This document shows, in pieces, positions 1 to 7,271 of a stretch of DNA of 19,125 nucleotides (within the stretch, counting starts at the first letter, position 1; every line of letters begins with the position of its first letter). Both the position numbers and the translations under genes were made by a program. The stretch covers positions 1 through 19,125 of the forward strand of contig DASPSR010000004.1 in assembly GCA_035623825.1 (NCBI GenBank). The letters are read 5' to 3'. Source of the DNA: Nitrospirota bacterium (GTDB taxonomy: Bacteria > Nitrospirota > UBA9217). The notes beneath the pieces were generated by a model. It was given only the letters and a program-made list of their open reading frames with translations. It did not search any database and was not told where the DNA came from.

Positions 1-2
1 CT

Positions 3-521
3 TTTTTCTTTAACGGAGGAGGAGAATCCCCGTTTCCCCTCGAGGACCGTCTATTGATTCCTTCTCCCCGCGACGTCGCCACGTATGACAAAAAACCCGA
101 AATGAGCGCCCGGCAAATCACCGATTCGCTGGTCAAACACATCGAATCGGGACAATATGGGTTCGTGCTGGCGAACTATGCAAACCCCGACATGGTTGGC
201 CACACGGGTGTACTTGAGGCCGCCATCAAGGCCGTAGAGGTTCTAGATGAGTGCTTGGGCAGGGTGCTCAGAGCCGCACAGGAGGCAGGCGCCCACGTGA
301 TTATTACTGCGGATCACGGAAACCTCGAAATCATGTCAAATCCCTCGACTGGGCAGCCGCACACGGCTCATACAACCGACCCCGTTCCATTTATCTTGAT
401 CGGTAAGATGGTCAATCTGAGAAATGAAGGCCTTCTCGCCGATGTGGCGCCGACTGTTCTCGATCTCCTTGATATTGAGAAACCTGCGGAGATGACGGGG
501 AGCAGCTTGATCGTCAAGTGA
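3..521 (+). CDS. gpmI: 2,3-bisphosphoglycerate-independent phosphoglycerate mutase, C-terminal part (5' truncated by window edge)
   Basis: The frame is open from position 3: FFFNGG-E-PFP-EDR-LIPSP-VATYD-KPEMSA, then [19 protein letters not shown] and HTAHT. These are the metal-binding motifs of iPGM. Confidence 0.96.
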   Translation, partial: FFFNGGGESPFPLEDRLLIPSPRDVATYDKKPEMSARQITDSLVKHIESGQYGFVLANYANPDMVGHTGVLEAAIKAVEVLDECLGRVLRAAQEAGAHVIITADHGNLEIMSNPSTGQPHTAHTTDPVPFILIGKMVNLRNEGLLADVAPTVLDLLDIEKPAEMTGSSLIVK

Positions 522-540
522 TCGCTTGGAAAGGCGATCA
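519..540 (+). terminator. Hairpin at the gpmI stop codon (3'-protective or weak terminator)
   Basis: TGATCGCTT-GGAA-AGGCGATCA forms a 9-bp stem (1 G-U) with a GNRA loop. There is no immediate U-tract. Confidence 0.35.
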
Positions 541-711
541 GACCGGTTTCTTCTGGCAATTCTATCCAGATCATCAAAAACCTGATCGGAGTCCTTCTTC
601 CCACAGCCTGTTCTGCAAACTATTGCTGTCGGAGATCCGCACCCTTTTCAAATATTCGAAACGAGACTAAACTCGCAAAGAGTCGGCGTCCACGCCGGCA
701 GTGAAGGAATC

Positions 712-740
712 TTGACAAGTCATGATACCTTGGATATAGT
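712..740 (+). promoter_or_regulatory. Sigma70-type promoter upstream of the envelope cluster
   Basis: TTGACA (712-717), a 17-nt spacer, then TATAGT (735-740). Confidence 0.7.
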
Positions 741-960
741 TTGTACATGTTTTTCGCGGACCTATCCCCCTCCTAGTTAGGCCAGATATCCTTCGATGGT
801 GAATATTACCTTGACTTAAAAGTCTTTATATGAAATATTTAATATGATAACGAACCGCGGATGCGGGGGAAGGTGAATATCTGATACATCAATGAAAAAA
901 TTGCATTATTCACCGTTTTGCATTTATTATGATATTCAAAAACCGTGACTAAGGGGAGGT

Positions 961-1824
961 ATGAAAATGTTAGTGAGAAGAACAGCCTTTTTTGCAATCA
1001 TTATGGCAATCATCGTGTTTATCTCCGGCAGTGTCTTTGCGCAGCTGGTAGGCACGATTAAGGACGTCGTCGATCCCGTCGGCAGCACCGGAAAAGTGGA
1101 CTGGACCACAGGAGTGATCACCGCAGTCGGCATTGGCGCTCCTCCGGCTCAACCGGCGAATCCTGCCCAGGCACGCGCCATGGCCGAAAGGTCAGCGCAG
1201 GTAGTCGCGTACCGGAACCTTCTGGAAGCGGTCAAAGGTGTACGGGTGGATTCCACGACGACGGTCGAGAACTTCATCGTCACAAGCGATGTAATCAATA
1301 CGCAGGTGAATGGGATCATCCAGGGGGCCATGATCATGGACAAGAAATACATGTCTGACGGCTCTGTGGAGGTCACGGTGGGGATGAAGCTTACCGGCGC
1401 ATTGGCTGACGCGTTGCTCCCAAAGACACCTTTGACGCCTCCTGGAGGGCCGACCGGCGCGCTTGCACCGGGAACCCCGGGACAACTCTATACTGGGCTC
1501 ATCGTGGATGCGCGTGGCCTCGGTGTCAGGCCCGCAATGGCGCCCAGGATCCTGGATGAGGACGGCAAAGAGGTCTACGGTTCCGCCTGGATCAACAGAG
1601 ATTACGCCGTTCGGGAGGGCATGGTCGGTTATATGAAGGATCCCGCTGCCGCACAGGCAAATCCTCGTGTGACCGATAAGCCGCTCATGGTAAAGGCTCT
1701 CAAGGTTTCTGGCGACGCCAGGGTGGACACAGTGATAAGCAACGCCGATGCAACTATGCTGCACAATGCGTCCCAGAACCTGAATATGCTCGAAAAATGC
1801 AGGGTCATCATTCTGGTGGATTAG
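961..1824 (+). CDS. Exported LPP20-family domain protein (paralogue 1)
   Basis: Strong SD AAGGGGAGGT and a Sec signal ending VFA|Q with no lipobox. N-domain reads VDWTTG..AVGIG.PP..AQARAMAERSA...AYRNLLE.VKGVRVDS.T.V; C-domain reads YTGLIVDARG..RPAMAPRI.DE.G.EVYG...CRVIILVD. Confidence 0.8.
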   Translation: MKMLVRRTAFFAIIMAIIVFISGSVFAQLVGTIKDVVDPVGSTGKVDWTTGVITAVGIGAPPAQPANPAQARAMAERSAQVVAYRNLLEAVKGVRVDSTTTVENFIVTSDVINTQVNGIIQGAMIMDKKYMSDGSVEVTVGMKLTGALADALLPKTPLTPPGGPTGALAPGTPGQLYTGLIVDARGLGVRPAMAPRILDEDGKEVYGSAWINRDYAVREGMVGYMKDPAAAQANPRVTDKPLMVKALKVSGDARVDTVISNADATMLHNASQNLNMLEKCRVIILVD

Positions 1825-1927
1825 CGCTCCTTGCCGCAAGGGGAAAATCGCTCACTGTGTGCTTTCGCCATGAGCGGGCTACATCCCGGGATGATGTGAA
1901 CGGAGAAAACTCTTATGGAGGTTCGGA

Positions 1928-3082
1928 ATGATTACACAGCTTAAACGCCTCATGTTGATGGTGGCCGCAATCGCCGTCGTCGCTGTCGGCTGCGCCCCGA
2001 AAAGCGCTCCGCCGACTTCGGTCATGGACACGCCGGAATATCACTATAAGAACGGCCTCAAGTATCTGGACAACGACCAGATCGACGAGGCCATGAAGTC
2101 CTTCGATCGAGCGATCGCTCTCGCCCCCAAGTCCCCGCTTGGCTATATCGGCAAGGGCCTCGCTTTCGGCAAGAAGGGCGACTTCAAGGCGGCCTTCGAG
2201 AACATGGATAAGGCCAAAGGGTATGAAGAGAAGGGGATCGAATCCCGTATCGGTATGATACGTCTTTACAGCATGCAGAGGAGTAAGGACTGGATCAAGG
2301 ATGCCGAGAAGGAATTCAAGGCCGCCAGTGAGAAAGACCCGAATAACGCAGCGCTTTACTATTATATGGGGGAGGCTTATAAGGTCTCCTTCGACTTCGA
2401 CAAGGCAGCCGATATGTTCCATAAGGTCCTTGACCTGAATAAGGAGTTCACGGGCGAAGCCAATGCGGAATGGGCCGTAATCCAGAAGATACAGCGTGCA
2501 GCGCCGGGGACCGTCATCGGGAAGCAGATAGCGCTGATCGACAAGATCGACCGCGCCGATATATCCGCGCTGTTTGTCCAGGAAATGGACCTGGAAAAGC
2601 TGTATACGAAGCGCGGGCCAAAGACCTACGACACGACTTTCAAGGCGCCTGAGGAAACGACAACGGCATTCTCCCCCGAGAAGACGGTGAAGATGGAGCC
2701 TGCCACGGATATCGAGAACAACTGGCTTAAGCCGAGCATCGACACGGTGCTCAAGCTCCATGTACGGGGGCTCGAGGCCGGCCCGAATCATAAGTTCGAA
2801 CCCGACAAGCTGATAACCAGGGCAGAGTTTGCGCTCATGCTTGAGGATATCCTGATCAAGGTGTCCGGAGATGACAAGCTTGCCACGAAATATGTCGGCT
2901 CGCCGTCGCTCTTCCCCGATGTGCGGAGCGACTATTACGCATTCAACGCGATCATGGTCGTGACTTCACGGGGGTTCATCGAGGCCGATAAGGCTACAGG
3001 CGAGTTCAAACCGAACGACCCCGTGTCCGGAGCCGATGCGCTGCTTTCAATACGCGAGTTCAAGAACCAGTTAAAATTCTGA
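1928..3082 (+). CDS. Lipoprotein with N-terminal TPR repeats and C-terminal S-layer homology (SLH)-like repeats
   Basis: SD GGAGG and lipobox AVGC. TPR-like helices: YKNGLKYL..DQIDEAMKSFDRAIALAP and YYYMGEAY..FDKAADMFHKVLDL. SLH-like segments: TDIENNW..., FEPDKLITRAEFA, FPDV...YAFNAI and FKPNDPVSGADA. Confidence 0.82.
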   Translation: MITQLKRLMLMVAAIAVVAVGCAPKSAPPTSVMDTPEYHYKNGLKYLDNDQIDEAMKSFDRAIALAPKSPLGYIGKGLAFGKKGDFKAAFENMDKAKGYEEKGIESRIGMIRLYSMQRSKDWIKDAEKEFKAASEKDPNNAALYYYMGEAYKVSFDFDKAADMFHKVLDLNKEFTGEANAEWAVIQKIQRAAPGTVIGKQIALIDKIDRADISALFVQEMDLEKLYTKRGPKTYDTTFKAPEETTTAFSPEKTVKMEPATDIENNWLKPSIDTVLKLHVRGLEAGPNHKFEPDKLITRAEFALMLEDILIKVSGDDKLATKYVGSPSLFPDVRSDYYAFNAIMVVTSRGFIEADKATGEFKPNDPVSGADALLSIREFKNQLKF

Positions 3083-3097
3083 CCGTATGGTCCCGAT

Positions 3098-3128
3098 GCC
3101 CGCCCGCACCTCTGGGGCGGGCTTTTTT
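3098..3128 (+). terminator. Intrinsic terminator
   Basis: Perfect 8-bp GC stem GCCCGCCC (3098-3105) / GGGCGGGC (3115-3122), followed by TTTTTT. Confidence 0.8.
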
Positions 3129-3137
3129 GATGGAAAG

Positions 3138-4526
3138 ATGAACAAGCATGCATCCGCAGTGATCATTCTTTTGGGAATCTGCTTCCCGTGTATTGCCGGA
3201 GCAGAGCTGAAGATGCTCGACGGCGAGCACACCGTTACATATGACATCGTCAATCCCCGGGGTGTAGCCTTTATCCCCGATTATTCCAATGAATCATTCG
3301 TACAGCAGGTGATCAGCCAAGATGAATTCAGCAAGCGGGTGCGCGTGACCTCGAAGATGAATCCCATGAAAACCCGAGTCCCGTATCCTGTTCCTGCCGG
3401 TGCCATACCGCCGCCCGTTCTGCAGTACCTTGCCCCGGAACGTGACCGACAATCCAATGACCCTGCCATTGTGAGTCTTGCGAAGGATGTGACCCGCGGC
3501 AGCCGGTATGCACATGAGGCGGCGTATGCAATTCTTTCGTGGATCGCCGACAACTTGACCTTCGATACGAGCATCACGACCCCGGCCGACGCTCTCTCGG
3601 CCCTGAGGTTCAGAAAAGCGTATTGTGTAGGCTACTCCAATCTCGCCGTTGCGCTCCTCAGAGCGGCGGGCATCCCTGCGCGCGTTGCACACGGCTATCT
3701 ACCGCCGGGTTATGAGTGGGGTTTTTCAAAGGAGTATTGGGGAGTGAAGGTGAATGACGGCGGATTTCATGCCTATCTGGAAATATTCTACCCCGACACG
3801 GGATGGGTGTTTTCCGATGCCGAGCATTCGCATCATTTTGTAGACCCTTTTCATATAGTGCTCCGGCTCGACGGCGTTGAGATGCCTGGAGCGTACAAAG
3901 GAGGCTACCTCGAGGTCGACAAGGCGACATTCTATACCATCTTTCAGGAAGATGACAAGACCATGATGGTAGATGAGCTGCCGATGCCGAAAGAGAAACG
4001 GCTCGGCAGACGTTTGGACAATGTTCAGCATACAGCCTTAGTGACGGGCAGTGTGACCGACACAAAGGGCGCTTCAGTGCCAAAGGGGTCGGCGGTCTTG
4101 TGGAAAGACGGCATAGGGACCCCGTACCCATTCACTGACGGCCGTTATGCCGCGCCGCTGGAGATTTCCGGAAAATACCGCGTTGAACTCAAAGGCGCTG
4201 GCTTTGCCAAAGCGTCCCAGGAACTTCAGGCCGAACAGGGACGGGTGTACCGCCTGAATTTCACTCTCGAACCGGGCGGTGTTATCAAGGGAAGAGTAGT
4301 TGACTCCGGAGGCAGGCCCCTTGCGGATGGAGATGTTTTCTACCGGGACGAAAACGCCCGCTTCGGCGTGCCCATCGAAAAAGACGGGACATATAGGATA
4401 GAAGGCCTTGCGCCAGGCCAGTACAGGGTATCTGTCGTTTCGGGAGACAGGGAGGTCGCACGCACAGGGCAAGTGGAGGCGGGAAAAGAAACATCGCTTG
4501 ATTTTGTCGTTCCTGGTGTAAAATAA
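3138..4526 (+). CDS. Secreted transglutaminase-like (Cys-His-Asp) protein with two C-terminal carboxypeptidase-regulatory-like beta-sandwich domains
   Basis: The start is moved to ATG 3138 (signal MNKHASAVIILLGICFPCIAGA|E) because the ORF-track start 3087 runs through the terminator. Core motifs are AYCVGYSNLAVALLRAAGIPARV, FHAYLEIF and GWVFSDA. The C-terminal repeats read G.V.D..G...V/L...V...GRY/GTY...L..G.YRV. Confidence 0.85.
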   Translation: MNKHASAVIILLGICFPCIAGAELKMLDGEHTVTYDIVNPRGVAFIPDYSNESFVQQVISQDEFSKRVRVTSKMNPMKTRVPYPVPAGAIPPPVLQYLAPERDRQSNDPAIVSLAKDVTRGSRYAHEAAYAILSWIADNLTFDTSITTPADALSALRFRKAYCVGYSNLAVALLRAAGIPARVAHGYLPPGYEWGFSKEYWGVKVNDGGFHAYLEIFYPDTGWVFSDAEHSHHFVDPFHIVLRLDGVEMPGAYKGGYLEVDKATFYTIFQEDDKTMMVDELPMPKEKRLGRRLDNVQHTALVTGSVTDTKGASVPKGSAVLWKDGIGTPYPFTDGRYAAPLEISGKYRVELKGAGFAKASQELQAEQGRVYRLNFTLEPGGVIKGRVVDSGGRPLADGDVFYRDENARFGVPIEKDGTYRIEGLAPGQYRVSVVSGDREVARTGQVEAGKETSLDFVVPGVK

Positions 4527-4546
4527 TACAAAGAGCAATAAAGATC

Positions 4547-4575
4547 TTGAGGGTCTCCCGGACCTCAACTTTTTC
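4547..4575 (+). terminator. Possible intrinsic terminator or attenuator
   Basis: TTGAGG(G)TC-TCCCG-GACCTCAA forms a stem with a 1-nt bulge, followed by CTTTTTCTTTCTTTG. Confidence 0.5.
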
Positions 4576-4613
4576 TTTCTTTGCTTTTCATTGCATGATG
4601 GCCGAGGGCTCGA

Positions 4614-5699
4614 ATGAAAAAATACCTTTTTTATGCCTTTATCATTTCGTTCTATCTTCCGTATTGTGACTCAGTCTGGTCACAGACGGCCGGCTCAGGG
4701 GATGCCGTAGAGACCATGGCTTCCGGCACGATCAATTGGACAGTCGGAGAGGTGCGAGCGAGTGGCATCGGGGCTCCCCCGGCGTTTCCTGGAAGTGCGG
4801 CGCAAGCCCGAGCCATGGCTGAAAGGGCAGCATATGTCGTAGCGCTCAGAAACCTGCTCGAAACGGTCAAGGGAGTCCGAGTCGACTCTGAAACCGTGGT
4901 CGAGAATTATATTGTCAAGAACGACGTGATCAAGGCAAAGGTGGACGGAATCGTCAGGGGGGCCAGAATAGTGGACACGCGGTACATGTCTGACGGTTCG
5001 GTCGAAGTGCTTGTGGCAATGCCTATGAAAGGGGCTTTTTTAGACGCACTTGTCCCGGAATCATTCGGCAGACCGCCGGCTGGTCATGTTATCCAGAAAC
5101 CGGCACCCATCTCCCCGGCGCCTCTGCCAGCCATACCTCCCACGCCACCGGCCACGCCACCGGTAGCGCCTGAGAAAAAGATGGAGCCGGCGAAACCGGA
5201 ACCGATCATGCCTGCACCCCCTGCGCCCGAGACAAAAACAGAGCCCCTGAAGCCTTCCCCTCCGTCCCAGTTGCCGGAGAAAAAGATCGAACCGGCAAAA
5301 CCTGAACCTGTCCAGCCCGTTCCAGCGCCACAGGGTCAGGCCACGGTAGCGTTCAAAGGCGGCGTCGCAACCGGCCTTGTTATCGACGGAAGGGGGCTGG
5401 GCCTGCGGCCCGCGTTGTTGCCGAGAATCGTTGACCCCCAGGGCCAGGAGATCTACGTAGGGCAGGTCGTCACAAGAACGAATGCTGTCGAACAGGGTGT
5501 AGCCGGCTATGCGAAGGATGTGAACGCCGCAACGAACAATTTCCGTGTGACAGACAACCCGGCCGTTATCAAGGGGCTGAGCGCGTCCGGAGCGGCGAGA
5601 ACGGATGTCGTAATCGGTCAAGCCGATTCGCAGGTTCTCCGTCAAATGTCCGGGAAAGGAGATTTCCTTCAGTATTGCCGGGTCATTATCGTCTACTGA
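4614..5699 (+). CDS. Exported LPP20-family domain protein (paralogue 2) with a long Pro-rich linker
   Basis: Hydrophobic N-terminus. It has the same two domains as 961-1824 (INWTVG..ASGIGAPP..AQARAMAERAA..ALRNLLE.VKGVRVDS.T.VEN; YMSDGSVEV; TGLVIDGRGLGLRPA...CRVIIVY), separated by ~86 Pro-rich residues. Confidence 0.8.
   Translation: MKKYLFYAFIISFYLPYCDSVWSQTAGSGDAVETMASGTINWTVGEVRASGIGAPPAFPGSAAQARAMAERAAYVVALRNLLETVKGVRVDSETVVENYIVKNDVIKAKVDGIVRGARIVDTRYMSDGSVEVLVAMPMKGAFLDALVPESFGRPPAGHVIQKPAPISPAPLPAIPPTPPATPPVAPEKKMEPAKPEPIMPAPPAPETKTEPLKPSPPSQLPEKKIEPAKPEPVQPVPAPQGQATVAFKGGVATGLVIDGRGLGLRPALLPRIVDPQGQEIYVGQVVTRTNAVEQGVAGYAKDVNAATNNFRVTDNPAVIKGLSASGAARTDVVIGQADSQVLRQMSGKGDFLQYCRVIIVY
5172..5309 (+). 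repeat. Intragenic imperfect repeat (PEKKxEPAKPEP units)
   Basis: EKKMEPAKPEP (5172-5204) and EKKIEPAKPEP (5277-5309) are 105 nt apart, with a degenerate PETKTEPLKPSP between them. Confidence 0.7.
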
Positions 5700-5743
5700 G
5701 CCTTATGCCCTGATGCTCGCAGCGCCGCCTCTGGCATTGAAGC

Positions 5744-5773
5744 TTGACATGAATGGTGCGTTTGTGATAGGTA
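5744..5773 (+). promoter_or_regulatory. Possible internal sigma70 promoter
   Basis: Perfect TTGACA at 5744-5749. The -10 region is only a partial match (TGTGATAGGTAT). Confidence 0.4.
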
Positions 5774-5858
5774 TTCACATAGTGACGATCTTATTGTGAT
5801 CGCTATCCGTATGGCAGCGTCAAGGCCGCTATTTTTTTAGGTTTTCCGGAGCATCCAA

Positions 5859-7235
5859 GTGTCAAGGACCACCTTATGGTTTTTCACAGCGCTTTTTGTC
5901 TTCAGTCTGCTCGCCGGATGCGCGCCGCCGCGACAAGTGCCGCGATATTATGATGCCGCTAACCCCCTTAAGCGGGTTGCCGTCCTGCCGATGAAAAATG
6001 ACACCTTGGACGTCGAAGGCCCGAATATTGTGAGAAAGAAAATAGTTGCAGCGTTAGTGAACAAATCCTATAACGTAGTAGACATCAACGAATCTGACCA
6101 GGTGCTCCGCGATCGAATGGGAATCAACCTCGGCGGACAACTGGATATGACCACACCGCAGAAACTCGGCGAGGTGCTGGGCGTTGACGGAGTTCTATAC
6201 GGGACACTAATGGATTTCGATGAAACAACGACGGGAGTGATCGACGTGAAAAAGGTCAGGGCAAAATTCAAGCTCGTGAACACATTGACCGGCCAGGCGG
6301 TGTGGGAAGGGGGACTCGGGGTGCGATCGGAAGTGAGGATGTCGGGGACATCGGGAGACATTGCAGTCGTTGCCTCTCGACTGTCAGATGCCAAGGAAAA
6401 AGATGTTCCCTGGGTCACCATCGGGAGCACTGTCACCAATGAGCAGAACGTCGCGCGTTCCCTGGCGTTTGGCCTTGGTGCCGAGCTTTTTTCCAAGGCA
6501 GCGGGCATCCATCTTGGCTATGAATCAACGGAACTCGTACGAAGGGTCACGAATAACCTGCCTTGGGGGCCGGGCCCGAGTGCCCTGGCCACCGTACCTC
6601 AGCTGAAAGAATTGATTTCGAATATCAAGATGCCCGAACCCCCTTCGTTCAGCTACATGGATTGGGAAGGAAAGATGGATTTTTCTGCAGTTGTCATCTC
6701 CACGTCACTTGACAAGGTCACAAATGAGTCTATCAACATGGAGATCCCGATTGCGATTGCCGGTAACAATATGCGTATGGACATGGACATGTCCAGGATG
6801 ATGAAGGGAGACGCGCAGTCTCCATTCAGCAAGATGGTCCTTATCGAACAGGGAGACAAGAAGGCAGGCTACACGCTCTACACCAATTCGAAGCGTTACA
6901 TTGTTCGGAGGGAAACGGCAGGGGCCGGCGAAAGACCTCAGGTCGAGAAGACGAAAGTGGGCAGTGAGATGATCGGCAAACGTCAGACGGACAAGTTCAA
7001 GGTAAAGATCATCTATAAAAGCGGGAGGGTTGAGGAAGGATTCATCTGGAACGCCAGAAACCTCAATGGCATGACCATCAAGAGCGAAATGGAGAGCAAG
7101 GATTACAAAGTCACCACCGAGCTCAGAGACATCACCCTGGAGACGCCCAATGAATCACTTTTTGTGATACCGTCCGGATATACGGAGGCGAAGAGTTTCA
7201 CGGATCTGATGACGACAGAGCCGAAGAACAAATAA
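5859..7235 (+). CDS. Lipoprotein: DUF799/GNA1162-like (CsgG/LpoB/TolB-N fold) domain fused to a DUF4412-like domain
   Basis: GTG start with SD GGAG and lipobox LAGC. N-domain reads RVAVLPMKN...PQKLGEVLGVDGVLYGTL..F...KLVNTLTGQAVWEG. C-domain reads FSA....MRMDM...YTL...KRY...KVGSEMIG..TDKFKV...IW...LRDI...PNESLFVIPSGY. Confidence 0.72.
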   Translation: MSRTTLWFFTALFVFSLLAGCAPPRQVPRYYDAANPLKRVAVLPMKNDTLDVEGPNIVRKKIVAALVNKSYNVVDINESDQVLRDRMGINLGGQLDMTTPQKLGEVLGVDGVLYGTLMDFDETTTGVIDVKKVRAKFKLVNTLTGQAVWEGGLGVRSEVRMSGTSGDIAVVASRLSDAKEKDVPWVTIGSTVTNEQNVARSLAFGLGAELFSKAAGIHLGYESTELVRRVTNNLPWGPGPSALATVPQLKELISNIKMPEPPSFSYMDWEGKMDFSAVVISTSLDKVTNESINMEIPIAIAGNNMRMDMDMSRMMKGDAQSPFSKMVLIEQGDKKAGYTLYTNSKRYIVRRETAGAGERPQVEKTKVGSEMIGKRQTDKFKVKIIYKSGRVEEGFIWNARNLNGMTIKSEMESKDYKVTTELRDITLETPNESLFVIPSGYTEAKSFTDLMTTEPKNK

Positions 7236-7271
7236 CGAGCGAATTCAAGCCATTACCAAGGAGGAGCCAGG

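Noticed and set aside
747-776. Possible leaderless 9-codon ORF MFFADLSPS at the predicted TSS
   Set aside because: It is too short to distinguish from chance. It overlaps the anti-SD segment, but nothing supports translation.
811-840. Second promoter candidate starting TTGACT
   Set aside because: There is no good TAnnnT hexamer at 16-18 nt spacing.
856-885. GCGGGGGAA...GGTGAAT, reminiscent of a c-di-AMP (ydaO) riboswitch
   Set aside because: The upstream GCTGAA element and the downstream CCCGTCAGCTAAC-type element are not present, so only a fragmentary match exists.
1827-1893. Small inverted repeats (CCTTGC-C-GCAAGG; CGCTCA...TGAGCG; palindrome CATCCCGGGATG) between the first two cluster genes
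   Set aside because: They are short, lack a U-tract and do not recur elsewhere as a REP-like family. At most they are mRNA-stability elements.
1913-2791. Long antisense ORFs (also 1192-1839, 5061-5645, 15700-16533, 18238-19071) and the alternate-frame ORF 10974-11780
   Set aside because: They are shadows of well-supported genes with biased codon usage and contain no recognisable motifs.
3087-3137. ORF-track start of the transglutaminase-like gene
   Set aside because: It runs through an intrinsic terminator, and the signal peptide begins at ATG 3138.
6708-6720. CTTGACAAGGTCA, identical to 13 nt of the rrf2 promoter
   Set aside because: It lies mid-CDS and encodes L-D-K-V with common codons, so it is likely coincidence.
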